The translations under genes and the position numbers were made by a program. From assembly GCA_963744995.1 (NCBI GenBank), contig CAVUWA010000005.1, positions 32,001-96,000 of the forward strand: DNA of 64,000 nt. The letters are read 5' to 3'. Below the pieces are notes generated by a model. That model had not been told where the DNA came from. It did not search any database and worked only from the letters and a program-made list of their open reading frames with translations. Of the stretch, positions 1-10,141 are shown one piece after another. Source of the stretch: Candidatus Eiseniibacteriota bacterium. GTDB taxonomy: Bacteria > Eisenbacteria > RBG-16-71-46. How positions within the stretch are numbered: position 1 is the stretch's first letter; each line of letters starts with the position of its first letter.

Positions 1-278
1 CTCGCGCGCAGCGCCGGGATCATGCCCGGCACCAGCGCGAGGCCGGCGAGGTGCACGATCGCATCCGCGCCGGAGAACACGCCGGCCAGGGTGTCCGGAT
101 CGGACAGCTCGCCGCGCCGCACCTCGATGCCGGCGCGCTCGAGCAGGGCGGCCTCGCGGCTCGGCCGCACCACGCCCACGATGCGGTCGCCGCGCGCGGA
201 GAGTCGCGGGAAGAGGTGCGATGCGACGAAACCGAGCGCGCCGGTCACGACGACGGTGCGCGGCGTGCGTTCGCTCAT
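1..278 (-). CDS. NAD-dependent epimerase/dehydratase (extended SDR), 3' end outside window
   Basis: Own translation from ATG 278: MSERTPRTVVVTGALGFVASHL...GADAIVHLAG. It has a Rossmann TGxxGxxA motif and the DAIVHLA strand, with a GGGGA RBS upstream. Not in the ORF track because it runs off the edge. Confidence 0.85.
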   Translation of the reverse strand, partial: MSERTPRTVVVTGALGFVASHLFPRLSARGDRIVGVVRPSREAALLERAGIEVRRGELSDPDTLAGVFSGADAIVHLAGLALVPGMIPALRA

Positions 279-334
279 CGGTCCCCCGAACGGCGACGCC
301 CGCCGGTGGCCAGACCGCCGGCGGGCGCACAAGC

Positions 335-410
335 TGGTAGCGCTACGGGGATTCGAACCCCGGTCTGATGGCTGAGAACCATCTGTCCTAGACCCCTAGA
401 CGATAGCGCC
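335..410 (-). tRNA. tRNA-Glu (anticodon CTC)
   Basis: Reverse complement GGCGCTATCGTCTAGGGGTCTAGGACAGATGGTTCTCAGCCATCAGACCGGGGTTCGAATCCCCGTAGCGCTACCA: anticodon stem GATGG/CCATC around CTC, GTTCGAAT T-loop, encoded CCA. Confidence 0.97.
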
Positions 411-441
411 GCGGACGCTCCCCTCGCAGGAAGCGGGCGGC

Positions 442-470
442 AGTCTAAGCAGGGACCCGTACGAGGTCAA
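442..470 (-). promoter_or_regulatory. sigma70-type promoter of tRNA-Glu
   Basis: Minus strand TTGACC-N17-TAGACT, about 30 nt upstream of the tRNA. Confidence 0.7.
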
Positions 471-753
471 GACGTGCCCGCGAGGTCGCGGTGGCCCGGC
501 GCACGCGGCGGTTGCTGAACACGGCGCCGGACAAACCGTCGCCCCGAGCACCGTTGGTGAAACCGGCCGTGAGATCGTCAGCGAACTCGCCTGCGAGCGC
601 GCGTTCGCGCCACCCGCGGGAATCCTGTGCAGGAACAGCGCGACGGGTCCTGCAGCGTGGCCTCGTCCCGCCGGTCCGCCTTTCGCGTCGTCACCGGCAT
701 CATCACGACGCGGTCGCCGCCGGCTTGACGGCGAATCTGAAGATGAAGCGGAG

Positions 754-827
754 TGGCTGCCCGGCAAGGATTCGAACCTCGACTAACTGGTCCAGAGCCA
801 GTCGTGCTACCGTTACACCACCGGGCA
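754..827 (-). tRNA. tRNA-Gln (anticodon CTG)
   Basis: Reverse complement TGCCCGGTGGTGTAACGGTAGCACGACTGGCTCTGGACCAGTTAGTCGAGGTTCGAATCCTTGCCGGGCAGCCA: anticodon stem ACTGG/CCAGT around CTG, T-loop, CCA. Confidence 0.97.
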
Positions 828-840
828 GTGAAGGGCGGGC

Positions 841-870
841 AATTTATCAGGCTCCGCGGCCTCGAATCAA
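841..870 (-). promoter_or_regulatory. sigma70-type promoter of tRNA-Gln
   Basis: Minus strand TTGATT-N18-TAAATT, an AT-rich patch overlapping the gltX stop. Confidence 0.55.
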
Positions 871-2360
871 GGTCCTCCGGCGCCCCGCGATGCGGCCGCA
901 TGCGCGGACTCCCGGGTCCAGCGCGCTGCGGCCTCCCGCAGCCGCGCCACCACGGCTTCCCGCCCCAGCAGCCGCATCACCTCGAACAGACCCGGCGCCA
1001 CTTTCCGTCCGGTCAGCGCCACGCGGGCGGCACCCATCACCTGGCCCGCTTTGACACCCCACTCGGCCGCCGCCCCGCGCGTCAGCGCCTCCAGACTCTC
1101 CAGGGAGAACGCCGGGTCGGCTTCGATGCGCTCCGCGAGGGCCGCGAGTCGCGGGCCGGCGTCGGGACGTTCGAGCACCGAGGTCCACGCCTCCGGATCG
1201 AGCGCCGGCACGGGCTCGAGTGCGAACGCGCCGTAGCGCTCCGCATCGGCGAGCGTCTTCAGGCGGTCGCCGAGCGCGCGAACGAACGCGGCGCGCCAGG
1301 CCTCGTCGCGACCCGAGAGGTCGTGACCATGCGCTTCGAGATACGCGACCACCAGGCGCTCGCGCTCCGCCTCGGGCAATCGCTTCATGTGCTGCCCGTT
1401 CATCCACTCCAGCTTGTCGGTGTCGAAGACGGCGGGATTGGACCCCACGCGCTCCAGCCGGAACAGCTGCTCGAGCTCGCCGAGCGTGAACATCTCGCGC
1501 TGGCCGTCGTAGGACCAGCCGAGCAGCGCGAGGAAGTTGACGAGCGCGCCGGGCAGGAATCCGAGGTCGCGATAGGCCGACACCGAAGTGGCGCCGTGCC
1601 GCTTCGACAGCCGCGCACCGTCGGCGCCGAGGATCATCGGCACGTGCGCAAACGCCGGCGGCTCGAAGCCGAACGCACCGTAGAGCTCGAGCTGACGCGG
1701 CGTGTTGGAAATATGGTCGTCGCCGCGGATGACGTGCGTGATCGCCATCGCGTGATCGTCCACGACGGCGGCAAAGTTGTAGGTCGGATGCCCGTCCGAG
1801 CGCATGATCACGAAGTCGTCGAGGGCCTCGGCCGGGAACGCGACGCGGCCGCGCACGAGATCCTCCCACCCCACCTCGCGCGCGCCCTCGCGGCGAAACC
1901 GGATCGCCGCCGCACGGCCCTCCGCGGCCAGTGCTGCGCGCTCGGCCGCGCCGAGGTCGCGGCAGCGTCCGTCGTAGCCCGCCGGCGTGCCGCGTTCCGT
2001 GCGGCGCGCGCGCCGTGCTTCGAGCTCCCCGGGCGTGCACCAGCAGTGATAGGCGCGCCCCGCCTCGAGCAGCCGCTCCGCGTGTGCCGCGTAGAGCGGC
2101 AGGCGCTGCGCCTGGAAGTAGGGTCCGTGCGGACCGCCGGCCTCGGGACCCTCGTCCCAGGCGAGGCCGAGCCAGCGCATGCCGTCGAGGATCGCCTCGA
2201 GCGACTCGGGGGTCGAGCGCGCGGCGTCGGTGTCTTCGATGCGCAGCACGAAGGTGCCGCCGTGCCGGCGCGCGAAGAGGTAGTTGTAGAGCGCCGTACG
2301 GGCGCCGCCGACGTGCAGGAAGCCGGTCGGGCTGGGAGCGAAACGGACGCGGACGGACAT
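867..2360 (-). CDS. gltX: glutamate--tRNA ligase
   Basis: RFAPSPTGFLHVGG (HIGH-like), LRIEDTD, CWC...YDGRC, IRGDDH, LSKRHG (KMSKS-like); sits next to tRNA-Gln and tRNA-Glu. Confidence 0.98.
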   Translation of the reverse strand: MSVRVRFAPSPTGFLHVGGARTALYNYLFARRHGGTFVLRIEDTDAARSTPESLEAILDGMRWLGLAWDEGPEAGGPHGPYFQAQRLPLYAAHAERLLEAGRAYHCWCTPGELEARRARRTERGTPAGYDGRCRDLGAAERAALAAEGRAAAIRFRREGAREVGWEDLVRGRVAFPAEALDDFVIMRSDGHPTYNFAAVVDDHAMAITHVIRGDDHISNTPRQLELYGAFGFEPPAFAHVPMILGADGARLSKRHGATSVSAYRDLGFLPGALVNFLALLGWSYDGQREMFTLGELEQLFRLERVGSNPAVFDTDKLEWMNGQHMKRLPEAERERLVVAYLEAHGHDLSGRDEAWRAAFVRALGDRLKTLADAERYGAFALEPVPALDPEAWTSVLERPDAGPRLAALAERIEADPAFSLESLEALTRGAAAEWGVKAGQVMGAARVALTGRKVAPGLFEVMRLLGREAVVARLREAAARWTRESAHAAASRGAGGP

Positions 2361-2461
2361 CGTCTCCTCACCTGGGTCGAGCCTGAAAGCGATCGAGGCG
2401 GCGCACGTTAGTCGCGTGCGCCGCCCCGGTCAATGCGCCGCCGCCCGCGGGCGGCCGGGCT

Positions 2462-5400
2462 TCAGCGCATGACGACGATCTTCTGCGTGAGACTGCGGGC
2501 GCCGATGGCGAAGCGCACGAAGTACACGCCGGCATCCACGCCGCGGTGCGCCGCGTCGCTCAGATCCCAGTCGGCCGTGTAGCGGCCGGCCTTTGCCGGT
2601 CCCTCGGCCAGCGTCCGGATGCGGCGACCGTTCAGGTCGAACACGTCGATCCGGTACGGCGTGCCGTCGAGATCGTGCGGGATGGCGTAGGACACGCGCG
2701 TCGCTCCGCGGGCGGGGTTCGGCCCCGCGGTGGCGAAACGGATCTCGGCGGGCGGAGCGTCCGCATCGGGGCCGTCCACGCCGACCAGGACCGGGGTCCC
2801 CGCGTACCCGGTATGCAGAGCGTCGTGGTGGAACTGGGGCCACGCCGGAGGGCCGCCGGGCGAGAACGGGAAATCGTAGTCCCACATGTGCACCTTGCCG
2901 CCCCAGCTCATGGCGATGATCTCGGTCATGCCGTCGCCGTCGCAGTCGCACACGGCCGGCGTCGCCTTGACCTCCGAGTCGATGTCGATCGGGAAACCCG
3001 GCAATACCGTGCCCGTGCCGCTGATGGCCGTGAGCTGGTTGACTTCGTCACCCATGACGACGTCATTGAGACCGTCGCCGTCGATGTCCGCGACGACCGG
3101 GCTGCTCTCGCTGGCGCCGGAGTTGAGCGCGCTGTAGCGAATGCCGCTGAACGGCGGCACCACGGCACCGCTGCCGTTGTAGGCGTAGATCCGGCCGTTC
3201 GTGCTCGCCACGACGATGTCGAGGAAGCCGTTGTTGTTCATGTCGGCGAGCGCCGGCGATGGCGCGCGGCTGGTCCCGCTGAACGTCACCGACAGCGGGA
3301 ATCCGGGCCGCAGCGCGCCGGCAGCCGTGAAGGCATAGAGCTTGTCGTTGCTGCAGGCGACGACGACGTCGAGTTCCGTGTCCGACGGCCCGTCGAGGTA
3401 GCCAACCGCCACCGAAGCGTTGACGGGGCCGGCCAGCGCGATCGGGAAGCCGGGCAGATCGGAGCCGTCCGGGCGCCATGCGTAGAGGTGACCGTCCGCG
3501 GAACCGAAGACGATGTCCCGGAAGCCGTCGCCGTCGAGATCGACGATCGCCGCGGTGCCCGAGTTGTAGGTGCTCGATCCCATGGTCCTGAAGACGCCGT
3601 TGGTGGCCGGGTCCAGGTCCCCGTCCATCCACTCGGTGCCGTTCGCCCGGAACACCAGGAACGCGTTCCCATTCGTGCCGATCGCGATCTCCTGCTGACC
3701 GTCGTTGTTCAGATCGCCGATTGCGGGCGACGACCACAGCGAGAAACGCGTCTGCACCGGCCAGCCCGGTTTCGGCTGCCCCGCGGGGTCGAAGACGAAC
3801 AGCCGGTCGGCCAGCGACGGCGTGCCGGCCGCACTGGGGTCCCATGAACCGGCGATGATCTCCGCACCGCCCCCGTCGAGATCGGCGATCGCGGGGCCCG
3901 ACGCGTAGTACGAGCCGAGCGTGGTGAAGTCGCCGAACGTGGCGCCGGAGCCATCCGCGTCCACCGGCGAGCTGCCGTCCGGGTGGAACACGTGCAGCTT
4001 CGCGGAGCCGACGGCGATCGCCACCGGGTAGCCCTGATAGACGTGGCCCAGCACGATCGACGAAGGCGAGTTGTGGTCCGTGTCGACCGGGAACACCGTG
4101 TGGGTCGGCGGGTTCGTGCTGATGGCCACCTCCGCGGACTGGAACGACTCGTTCGCCGACGAGTCCACCGCCGCCACGCGGTAGTAGTAAAGGGTGAGCG
4201 GATCGAGTCCCTCGTCCATGAAATAGGACGTCCGGAAGGTGGGCACCAGGTTCGCCCGCGTGTACGGACCGCCCTGGATCGTGCTGCGATAGATGTTGTA
4301 GCCGCGCAGATCGGCCTCGCTCGAGTGGGCCCACGTGAGTGCGATGCTGGAACCCGCGCCGAAGCCGGCGAGCGATACCGGCATGGCGGGATAGGTGAGA
4401 TCGAGCTCCTGCACGAGTCGCAGGCCGTCCTGGTCCGACACGCGCAATTCGAGCCTGCGCGCCCGATCCGTTGACCGTGAAGGCGAATGGATCGCCGGTC
4501 GCCACCGCGCCCGATGGGACGTTGCCGAACGCCGAGGTGCTGTCGGTCACCGTGACGAGGCCGTCGCTGCTGCGCAGCACCGCGGTCATCCCCGTCGCGA
4601 GGCCCGTGCCCAGATTGCGCAGGGTCACGGTGTAGGTCACCGATTCGCCCGGGTCGGGGCGGCCGTCGCCGTTGCCCGAGCCGTCCCCCACGACGTGCGA
4701 GAGATGGAACGGCTCCGGCGCGTGCAGCACCATCTGGAAGTTCTCGACGTCCGTGCCGCCGAGTCCGTCCGTGATGTCGAGTCGGAACGGGACCTCGTGC
4801 TGATCCGGCATCGCCACCGGTGCGCTCACGCGGAATCCCGATGGCGGATTCACGGTCTCGGAGACGCCGATGACACCGTAGTTCACGACGGAGTTCGAGA
4901 TGGTGATGTCCGGATCGGTGGTCGAGAGCGTCGCCACCGCCGGGTTGGCCGCCACGCCCCCGTTGTTGGTGAGCGGGATGAGCAGGTCCACGGTCTCGCC
5001 GGTGTCGAACACGCCGTCACCGTTGCCGATCGTGCCGCCGACCCCGTCGTCGTCGATGACCGGGTCGCCCTGCACGACCGCCGGCCCCGCTCCCGTGGTG
5101 ATGGACATGTCGGCCTGGTAGGGCTCGCAGTCGTAGCCGGTGACCGTCAGCTTGAGGGTGCCGGCCGAATCGGCGCGGAACGGAATCGTGGCGTTTCCCG
5201 CGGCGTCGGTGAGGACCGTGGCGAATTCGTCACCGGGCCGATAGGCGGTGACCCGCGCGCCTTCGATCGGTGTCGCCCCGACTTCCACGTGCACGAGCGA
5301 AGTCGACGTTGCTCGTCGAGATCGTCCCCGGGTGGAGCACCGAGAGCGTGCGCGGAAGGCCGGTGTAGATACGCAGCTCCGGGTCGCCGAGCAGCAGCAG

Positions 5401-7185
5401 CGTCATCTGGGTCCAGCGATGGACGCCGTCGTAGTTCGCGAACCCGACGAAGGGCAGCTTCTGCCGCGCCTGCAGCTCACCGACCGCGGTGACGCTGTCT
5501 TCGTACAGGAGCCGGAAGTACTCCTTCTGGTAGGAGCGGCCGGCCGTCGGGAAGTCGAAGCGGGTCGAGCCCACGTTGGTGACCGAGCCACCGTTCTTTG
5601 CGTTGAGGAAGTCCTCGCCGATACAGGGGAAGTCGATGGCGTTCGAGGTGCAGTTGATGGCGTACACATTGCTGATGCGGTTGCCGTTGCTGAGCGCCGC
5701 CACGTCCGCGCTGGTGATGTTCCCGTCACCACACGACATGACGTTACGGAAACCGTGGCCGACGTGTACCGCGACGTTGTAGCCGCGGTTGAGCGAATCG
5801 AGCACGGTCTGATGCGTTTCCTGCAGCGCGCCCGGTTCCCAGCGTGAATCGAGGTAGTTCTCGTAGAGACGGGCGAAGTGGATGGACGGATTGGTCTCGA
5901 GCGACGGCAGCACCTCCTCGACCAGCTCGGCGCCGTCGAGCGATGTCGCGAGGTTCGGATTCCAGTTCTGCGGGAACAGCACCTCGGCGAAGAACAGCAC
6001 CTGATTCTGATAGTCCATCGCCGGATTGCGCACGTAGTCGATCGAGCGGTCGACGAAGTGCTGCGCATCTGCAAGCGTGATCGATGGCGCGCGGCCGACA
6101 TAGACCTCGGGGTAGAGGTCGACCGAGTCACCCGGGCTGGAGGTCGACATGTAGCCTTCCCCGTAGATGCTGTCGGCGTCCGCGTTCCAGTTGCCGTCGA
6201 GACAGGAGAAGTAGGTGTCGCAGGCGATGCTCTCGCCGCCGTAGAACGTGGTCCAGACGTACCGCGTCGGCACGACCTGGGTGTCGCCGCCGAGCAGCAC
6301 CCATTGCGTTCCCCAGCGCGAGTACGCGTCGCGGATGAACATGCGGACACGCTCGGCATCGTCGGCGCCGTAGGGATACTCGTCGCGGATGAACGACATC
6401 GTGCGCACCACGGCGGGAATGCCGGTCTGGGTCTTCCAGTCGGCGAGCCGCTGGAATTCGGGAGCCATCTCCTCGCTGGTGATGATCACGTACTCGACCG
6501 GACTGCCGAGCAGGGACGGCACCTGGGTCGGCACGAACGGGCCCGCGCTGCGCGGCGCCCCGGCGACGGTCGCGCCGGCCGCATCCGCATTCGCCCCGCG
6601 CCCGGGCGCCGCCCACGGCACAGCGCGCTCGCGGCGCAACGGCTGCTCCGTCGTCGGTTCGAGGGTGATGCGCACGTGCGCCCGCGTGACCGCTTCCAGC
6701 GCGCCGGTGCGTGGATTCCAGCGCGCCGGCGCGACGCGCAGCTGAGCGACGCCGCGTCCCGCCTCGAAACCCTGCGCGCCGAATTCGACCGGGGACTCCG
6801 GCAGGAATACGCCGCGTGCGTAAAGGGCCCGATCGGGCGCCGCGCGGTCGATCGGGCCCAGGCCGGGTTTCGGCACGATGGCGCCGAGGATCTGCACGCC
6901 GCTCCTGAGCGGCACCGTCTCGACGGCGGTGACCTGGATCCCGGCCACCTTCATGCCGTCAGGGAGATCGATGGTCCGCGTGATCCAGGGCAGGTCGGGC
7001 AGGCCGGCGCGGAACTCGCGCGAGGCGCCCGGCAGCCTGACTTCGGAGATTCCGCCGTCCTCGACGACCTGGAGCGCGTGCGGATCGAGGCGCACGTCCT
7101 GCTCCATGACCTGGCCGGCGAGTGTCGTGGTGGGAATCAGGAGCAGCAGGGCCGCGCATGCCGCGGCCGGGCGGAAAGGCATCAT
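2462..7185 (-). pseudogene. secreted gingipain-like peptidase C25 (propeptide + C25 + Ig-like + FG-GAP repeats + FlgD-Ig/T9SS-like CTD), split by two +1 frameshifts (pseudogene or sequencing error)
   Basis: Three pieces join into one protein: 7185..~5300 (signal peptide MMPFRPAAACAALLLL, YVIIT, VLLGGD, VGRAP, catalytic HVGHG and INC, LLGDP), ~5300..~4460 (Ig-like, DGxxDxGE motifs) and ~4460..2462 (DLDGDG repeats, PNP...GVYFVR CTD). Span 4724 nt minus 2 nt equals 1574 codons. Confidence 0.85.
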
Positions 7186-7333
7186 CGATTGGAGTCCCCG
7201 TGGTGTTACGTCGCGAAGTCGGGCGGATGGATGCAGATGTCGGGCAATAGCGGCCGTACAGGACGGGCGGGCCGGGTCGTTTCCGGACCGGGACGAGGGC
7301 AGGTCGACCCCGATCGAAGGACCTTCCTCCATA

Positions 7334-7362
7334 ACGATAGGGAACCCTCGGGGACCGGTCAA
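7334..7362 (-). promoter_or_regulatory. sigma70-type promoter of the C25 gene
   Basis: Minus strand TTGACC-N17-TATCGT. Confidence 0.6.
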
Positions 7363-7366
7363 CGCC

Positions 7367-8920
7367 TCAGGGCACGGATCGGGCGGATGCGGCGTCGAAT
7401 GTGAATTCGGGCCCGAAATGCGGGTGAAATGGCACGACCGGCCCGTCGTCGCGCCGGACCCACGACCAGCCCGGCGCCGCCAGCGGCAGGATCACCGAAT
7501 CCCCTTCGATCATCTGCTGGGCGGCTTCGAGATCCACCCGGCCGGGGGCCGACTCGAGCCACGGCTGGAACGCGCGGGTTCGCCAGCCGCTGCGGTAGCG
7601 CCCGACCGGGGCGTCCCGGGCCGGGGTGGCCATCATGGCCAGATCGGCGGCGGGGTCGTCGATCAGCGCCCGCGAGGTGAGCAGCAGAATCTGGGCGCGG
7701 CCCCGCAGGCGCTCCTCGCTCATCCGCGCGCCGCGCAGCGGCCTGAGGTCCACGGAGAGATCCGCCCGCGCCCACTGCGCCTGCAGCCGCCTGGCCACCC
7801 GCTGGTCCACCTCGCCCGGATCCCAGGCGATGACGGTATGGAAGGAACGCCCGAGCCCCCCGCGGGCGAGCCACGCCAGGCGCTCCTCCTCGTCGAGCCG
7901 GGGGAAGGCGAACGCCGGGGCGCCGGGCCAGAACGCGCGGAACGGCGCCACGCCGTCGCCGAAGAGCCGCATGAGCCCGCTGCGGTTCAGCGAATGGGCC
8001 AGCACCTTGCGCGCGGCCAGCTTCGCCGTCGGCGCCACGTCCGCACGGAAGACGAGCTCGAGCCGCCGCGGCGGCCGCACGGCTTCCGGTGCGCGGGACT
8101 CCCAGTGGTAGCCGTCGAGCTGATCCTCGTGCAGGGGATCGGCGAGCGGCAGCGGCCAGGCCAGGTCGATGGCGCCGCGGCGCAGGGTGGTGCGCACGCG
8201 TGCGCCGCTCGCGAAGCGGACGCGCAGGGTGTCGAAGGCCGCGCGCACGGCCAGCGGTCCCGGATCGCGCGGCACCAGCGTGAGCGCACGGCCGGCCGGA
8301 CCGGACGACACCCGGTAGGGGCCGATCCCGTACTGTGCCTCCCAGCCATCCCCCGCGCCGATGTGCCATGGGGTCGAAACACCCGGCAGGGCGAGCGCCG
8401 CGGGCAGCAGCGGGTCGGGCCGGGCGAGGCGGAAGACCAGCGTCGAGTCGTCGGGCGTATCGATACCGAGCGCGGGCAGCGCCCGTCCCGGTCGGATCGC
8501 CTCGACGCCCCGAACCGCGCGCAACAGCCAGCGGACGCTGGAGTGATCGCGCCGCGCGAGACCGGCGAGCAGCGCGTCCTTCACGTCGCCGCTCCGCAAC
8601 GTGTCGCCGTTCCCGAAGGTGAACCCGGCGCGCAGCGTGAAGGTCCACGTGCGGCCGTCGGCGCTGGACGTCATCGTGCGCGCCAGCGCAGGCACGATGC
8701 GCCCGGTGGAGTCCTCGTCCGTGAGCCCGCGCCCCAGCAGCCGCTCGAGCACCCAGCGCAGCTCGTCCGGCGGGCCGCCCGGATCCGGCACCGGCGCGGG
8801 GCGTGCGACGAGCCAGCGTTCGACCCGGGGCTGCGGCGCCGGGGACGCGCAGGAGGCGAGCGCGGCGGCCAGCAGGGCCGCGCCGACGAGGGCGGCGGAT
8901 GTGCGGAGCGGGGAACGCAT
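7367..8920 (-). CDS. ABC transporter substrate-binding lipoprotein, family 5 (peptide/nickel type)
   Basis: Start reset to ATG 8920: lipobox LASC, family-5 signature PALA..SSADGRTWTFTLRxG.TFxNG, and GIGPY. The longer ORF call upstream is the antisense of the peptidase gene. Confidence 0.85.
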   Translation of the reverse strand: MRSPLRTSAALVGAALLAAALASCASPAPQPRVERWLVARPAPVPDPGGPPDELRWVLERLLGRGLTDEDSTGRIVPALARTMTSSADGRTWTFTLRAGFTFGNGDTLRSGDVKDALLAGLARRDHSSVRWLLRAVRGVEAIRPGRALPALGIDTPDDSTLVFRLARPDPLLPAALALPGVSTPWHIGAGDGWEAQYGIGPYRVSSGPAGRALTLVPRDPGPLAVRAAFDTLRVRFASGARVRTTLRRGAIDLAWPLPLADPLHEDQLDGYHWESRAPEAVRPPRRLELVFRADVAPTAKLAARKVLAHSLNRSGLMRLFGDGVAPFRAFWPGAPAFAFPRLDEEERLAWLARGGLGRSFHTVIAWDPGEVDQRVARRLQAQWARADLSVDLRPLRGARMSEERLRGRAQILLLTSRALIDDPAADLAMMATPARDAPVGRYRSGWRTRAFQPWLESAPGRVDLEAAQQMIEGDSVILPLAAPGWSWVRRDDGPVVPFHPHFGPEFTFDAASARSVP

Positions 8921-9008
8921 CGAGGCACGCAGTCTAGCCCCGGTCGTCACCGCGCCGCGAGCCGGAAACGTGAAAGCACGCCGCGCCGCGCCGCGGCCCG
9001 CCCCGCGC

Positions 9009-9037
9009 TTGCAGTGCATGGGCGCCTCTACTAGCGT
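9009..9037 (+). promoter_or_regulatory. sigma70-type promoter giving a probable leaderless mRNA
   Basis: TTGCAG-N17-TAGCGT; ATG 9044 lies 7 nt after the -10 and has no RBS. Confidence 0.45.
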
Positions 9038-9043
9038 GCCGGC

Positions 9044-10141
9044 ATGCCTTCCAAACGTCCGCACGAACGGATCGAACGCGCGCGGCGCGCGATCGCGGCG
9101 GCCGGCGCCGACTGGCTGCTGCTCGCGGCGGGCGCGGACTTCCGCTGGCTCACCGGCGCCGAAGCGCGCTCGACCGAGCGGCTGCTGGCGCTCGCGATCC
9201 CGGCCAGGGGCCGGCCGTTCTGCCTCGTCCCGCGCCTCGAATCCGACGCGCTCGCCGCCGAGTGCCCGTGGCTCGATCTGGAGATCTGGAGCGATCACGA
9301 GGACCCGTTCGCCGCACTCGCCGGGCGCATGGCGCTGCTCCACGGGCCGTCGCTGCTCGTCGGCGAGGGCTTCCGCACCGCTCCGCTGCTGCGTTTCGCC
9401 GCACACGGACGCTGCCGCCCGGCGCAGCCGGTCATCGCCCCGCTGCGCGCGACCAAGGACGCCTTCGAGATCGGGCTGATGGAAGAGGCCGGCCGCAACG
9501 CGGACCGGATCATGGAGCAGACCGCGGACTTCATCCGCCCCGGCATGACCGAAAAGGAGGTCGAAGCGTTCGTGCTCGACCGCTTCCGCTCGCTCGGCGA
9601 CACCGAGCCGTGGGCGATCATCGCCTCGGGGCCGAACTCGGCGCTCCCCCACCACGCCTCGTCTGGACGCCAGCTCGCCGACGGCGAAGTCGTCCTGCTG
9701 GACCTCGGCGCCTACACCGGCGGATACGGCTCGGACATGACGCGCACCTTCGTGCTCGGCCCGCCGCCCGCGGATTTCCAGCGCGTCTACGACATCGTGA
9801 ATGAGGCGCGCGCGGCGGGAATCGCCGCCTCGCGCGCAGGCGTGAGCGCCGAGTCGGTGGATCGCGCGACCCGTGCCGTGATCGTGGCGGCAGGGTACGG
9901 CGAGTGCTTCACGCATCGCACCGGTCACGGCGTCGGGCTCGAGGTCCACGAGCCGCCCTACATCGTGGAAGGCAATGCGGTGCCGCTCGAATACGGTCAC
10001 GTCCACAGCGTGGAGCCCGGCATCTATCTGCCCGGACGCTTCGGCGTGCGCCTCGAGGATCTGGTCGTCGTCGAGGACCGCGGCGCGCGGCGCCTGAACC
10101 ACGCGCCGTTCGATCCGCTGCCCCCCAGGCTCAGGCGTTGA
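9044..10141 (+). CDS. Xaa-Pro peptidase, family M24B
   Basis: Creatinase-like N-domain; metal ligands in DLGA, SDMTRT, HRTGHGVGLEVHE, EPGIY, GVRLED. Confidence 0.95.
   Translation: MPSKRPHERIERARRAIAAAGADWLLLAAGADFRWLTGAEARSTERLLALAIPARGRPFCLVPRLESDALAAECPWLDLEIWSDHEDPFAALAGRMALLHGPSLLVGEGFRTAPLLRFAAHGRCRPAQPVIAPLRATKDAFEIGLMEEAGRNADRIMEQTADFIRPGMTEKEVEAFVLDRFRSLGDTEPWAIIASGPNSALPHHASSGRQLADGEVVLLDLGAYTGGYGSDMTRTFVLGPPPADFQRVYDIVNEARAAGIAASRAGVSAESVDRATRAVIVAAGYGECFTHRTGHGVGLEVHEPPYIVEGNAVPLEYGHVHSVEPGIYLPGRFGVRLEDLVVVEDRGARRLNHAPFDPLPPRLRR

Noticed and set aside
335..827. tRNAs as integration sites of a genomic island
   Set aside because: I found no integrase and no duplicated tRNA 3' end in the window (checked by eye only).
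867..2360. Inferring discriminating versus non-discriminating GluRS from the adjacent tRNA-Gln and the Arg in GDRLKTL
   Set aside because: gltX-tRNA clustering is common and that Arg is not diagnostic on its own. It needs the glnS/gatCAB inventory, which is outside the window.
4450..5312. Programmed ribosomal frameshifting in the C25 gene
   Set aside because: There is no slippery sequence or obvious stimulatory structure at either site, and two successive +1 events would be needed.
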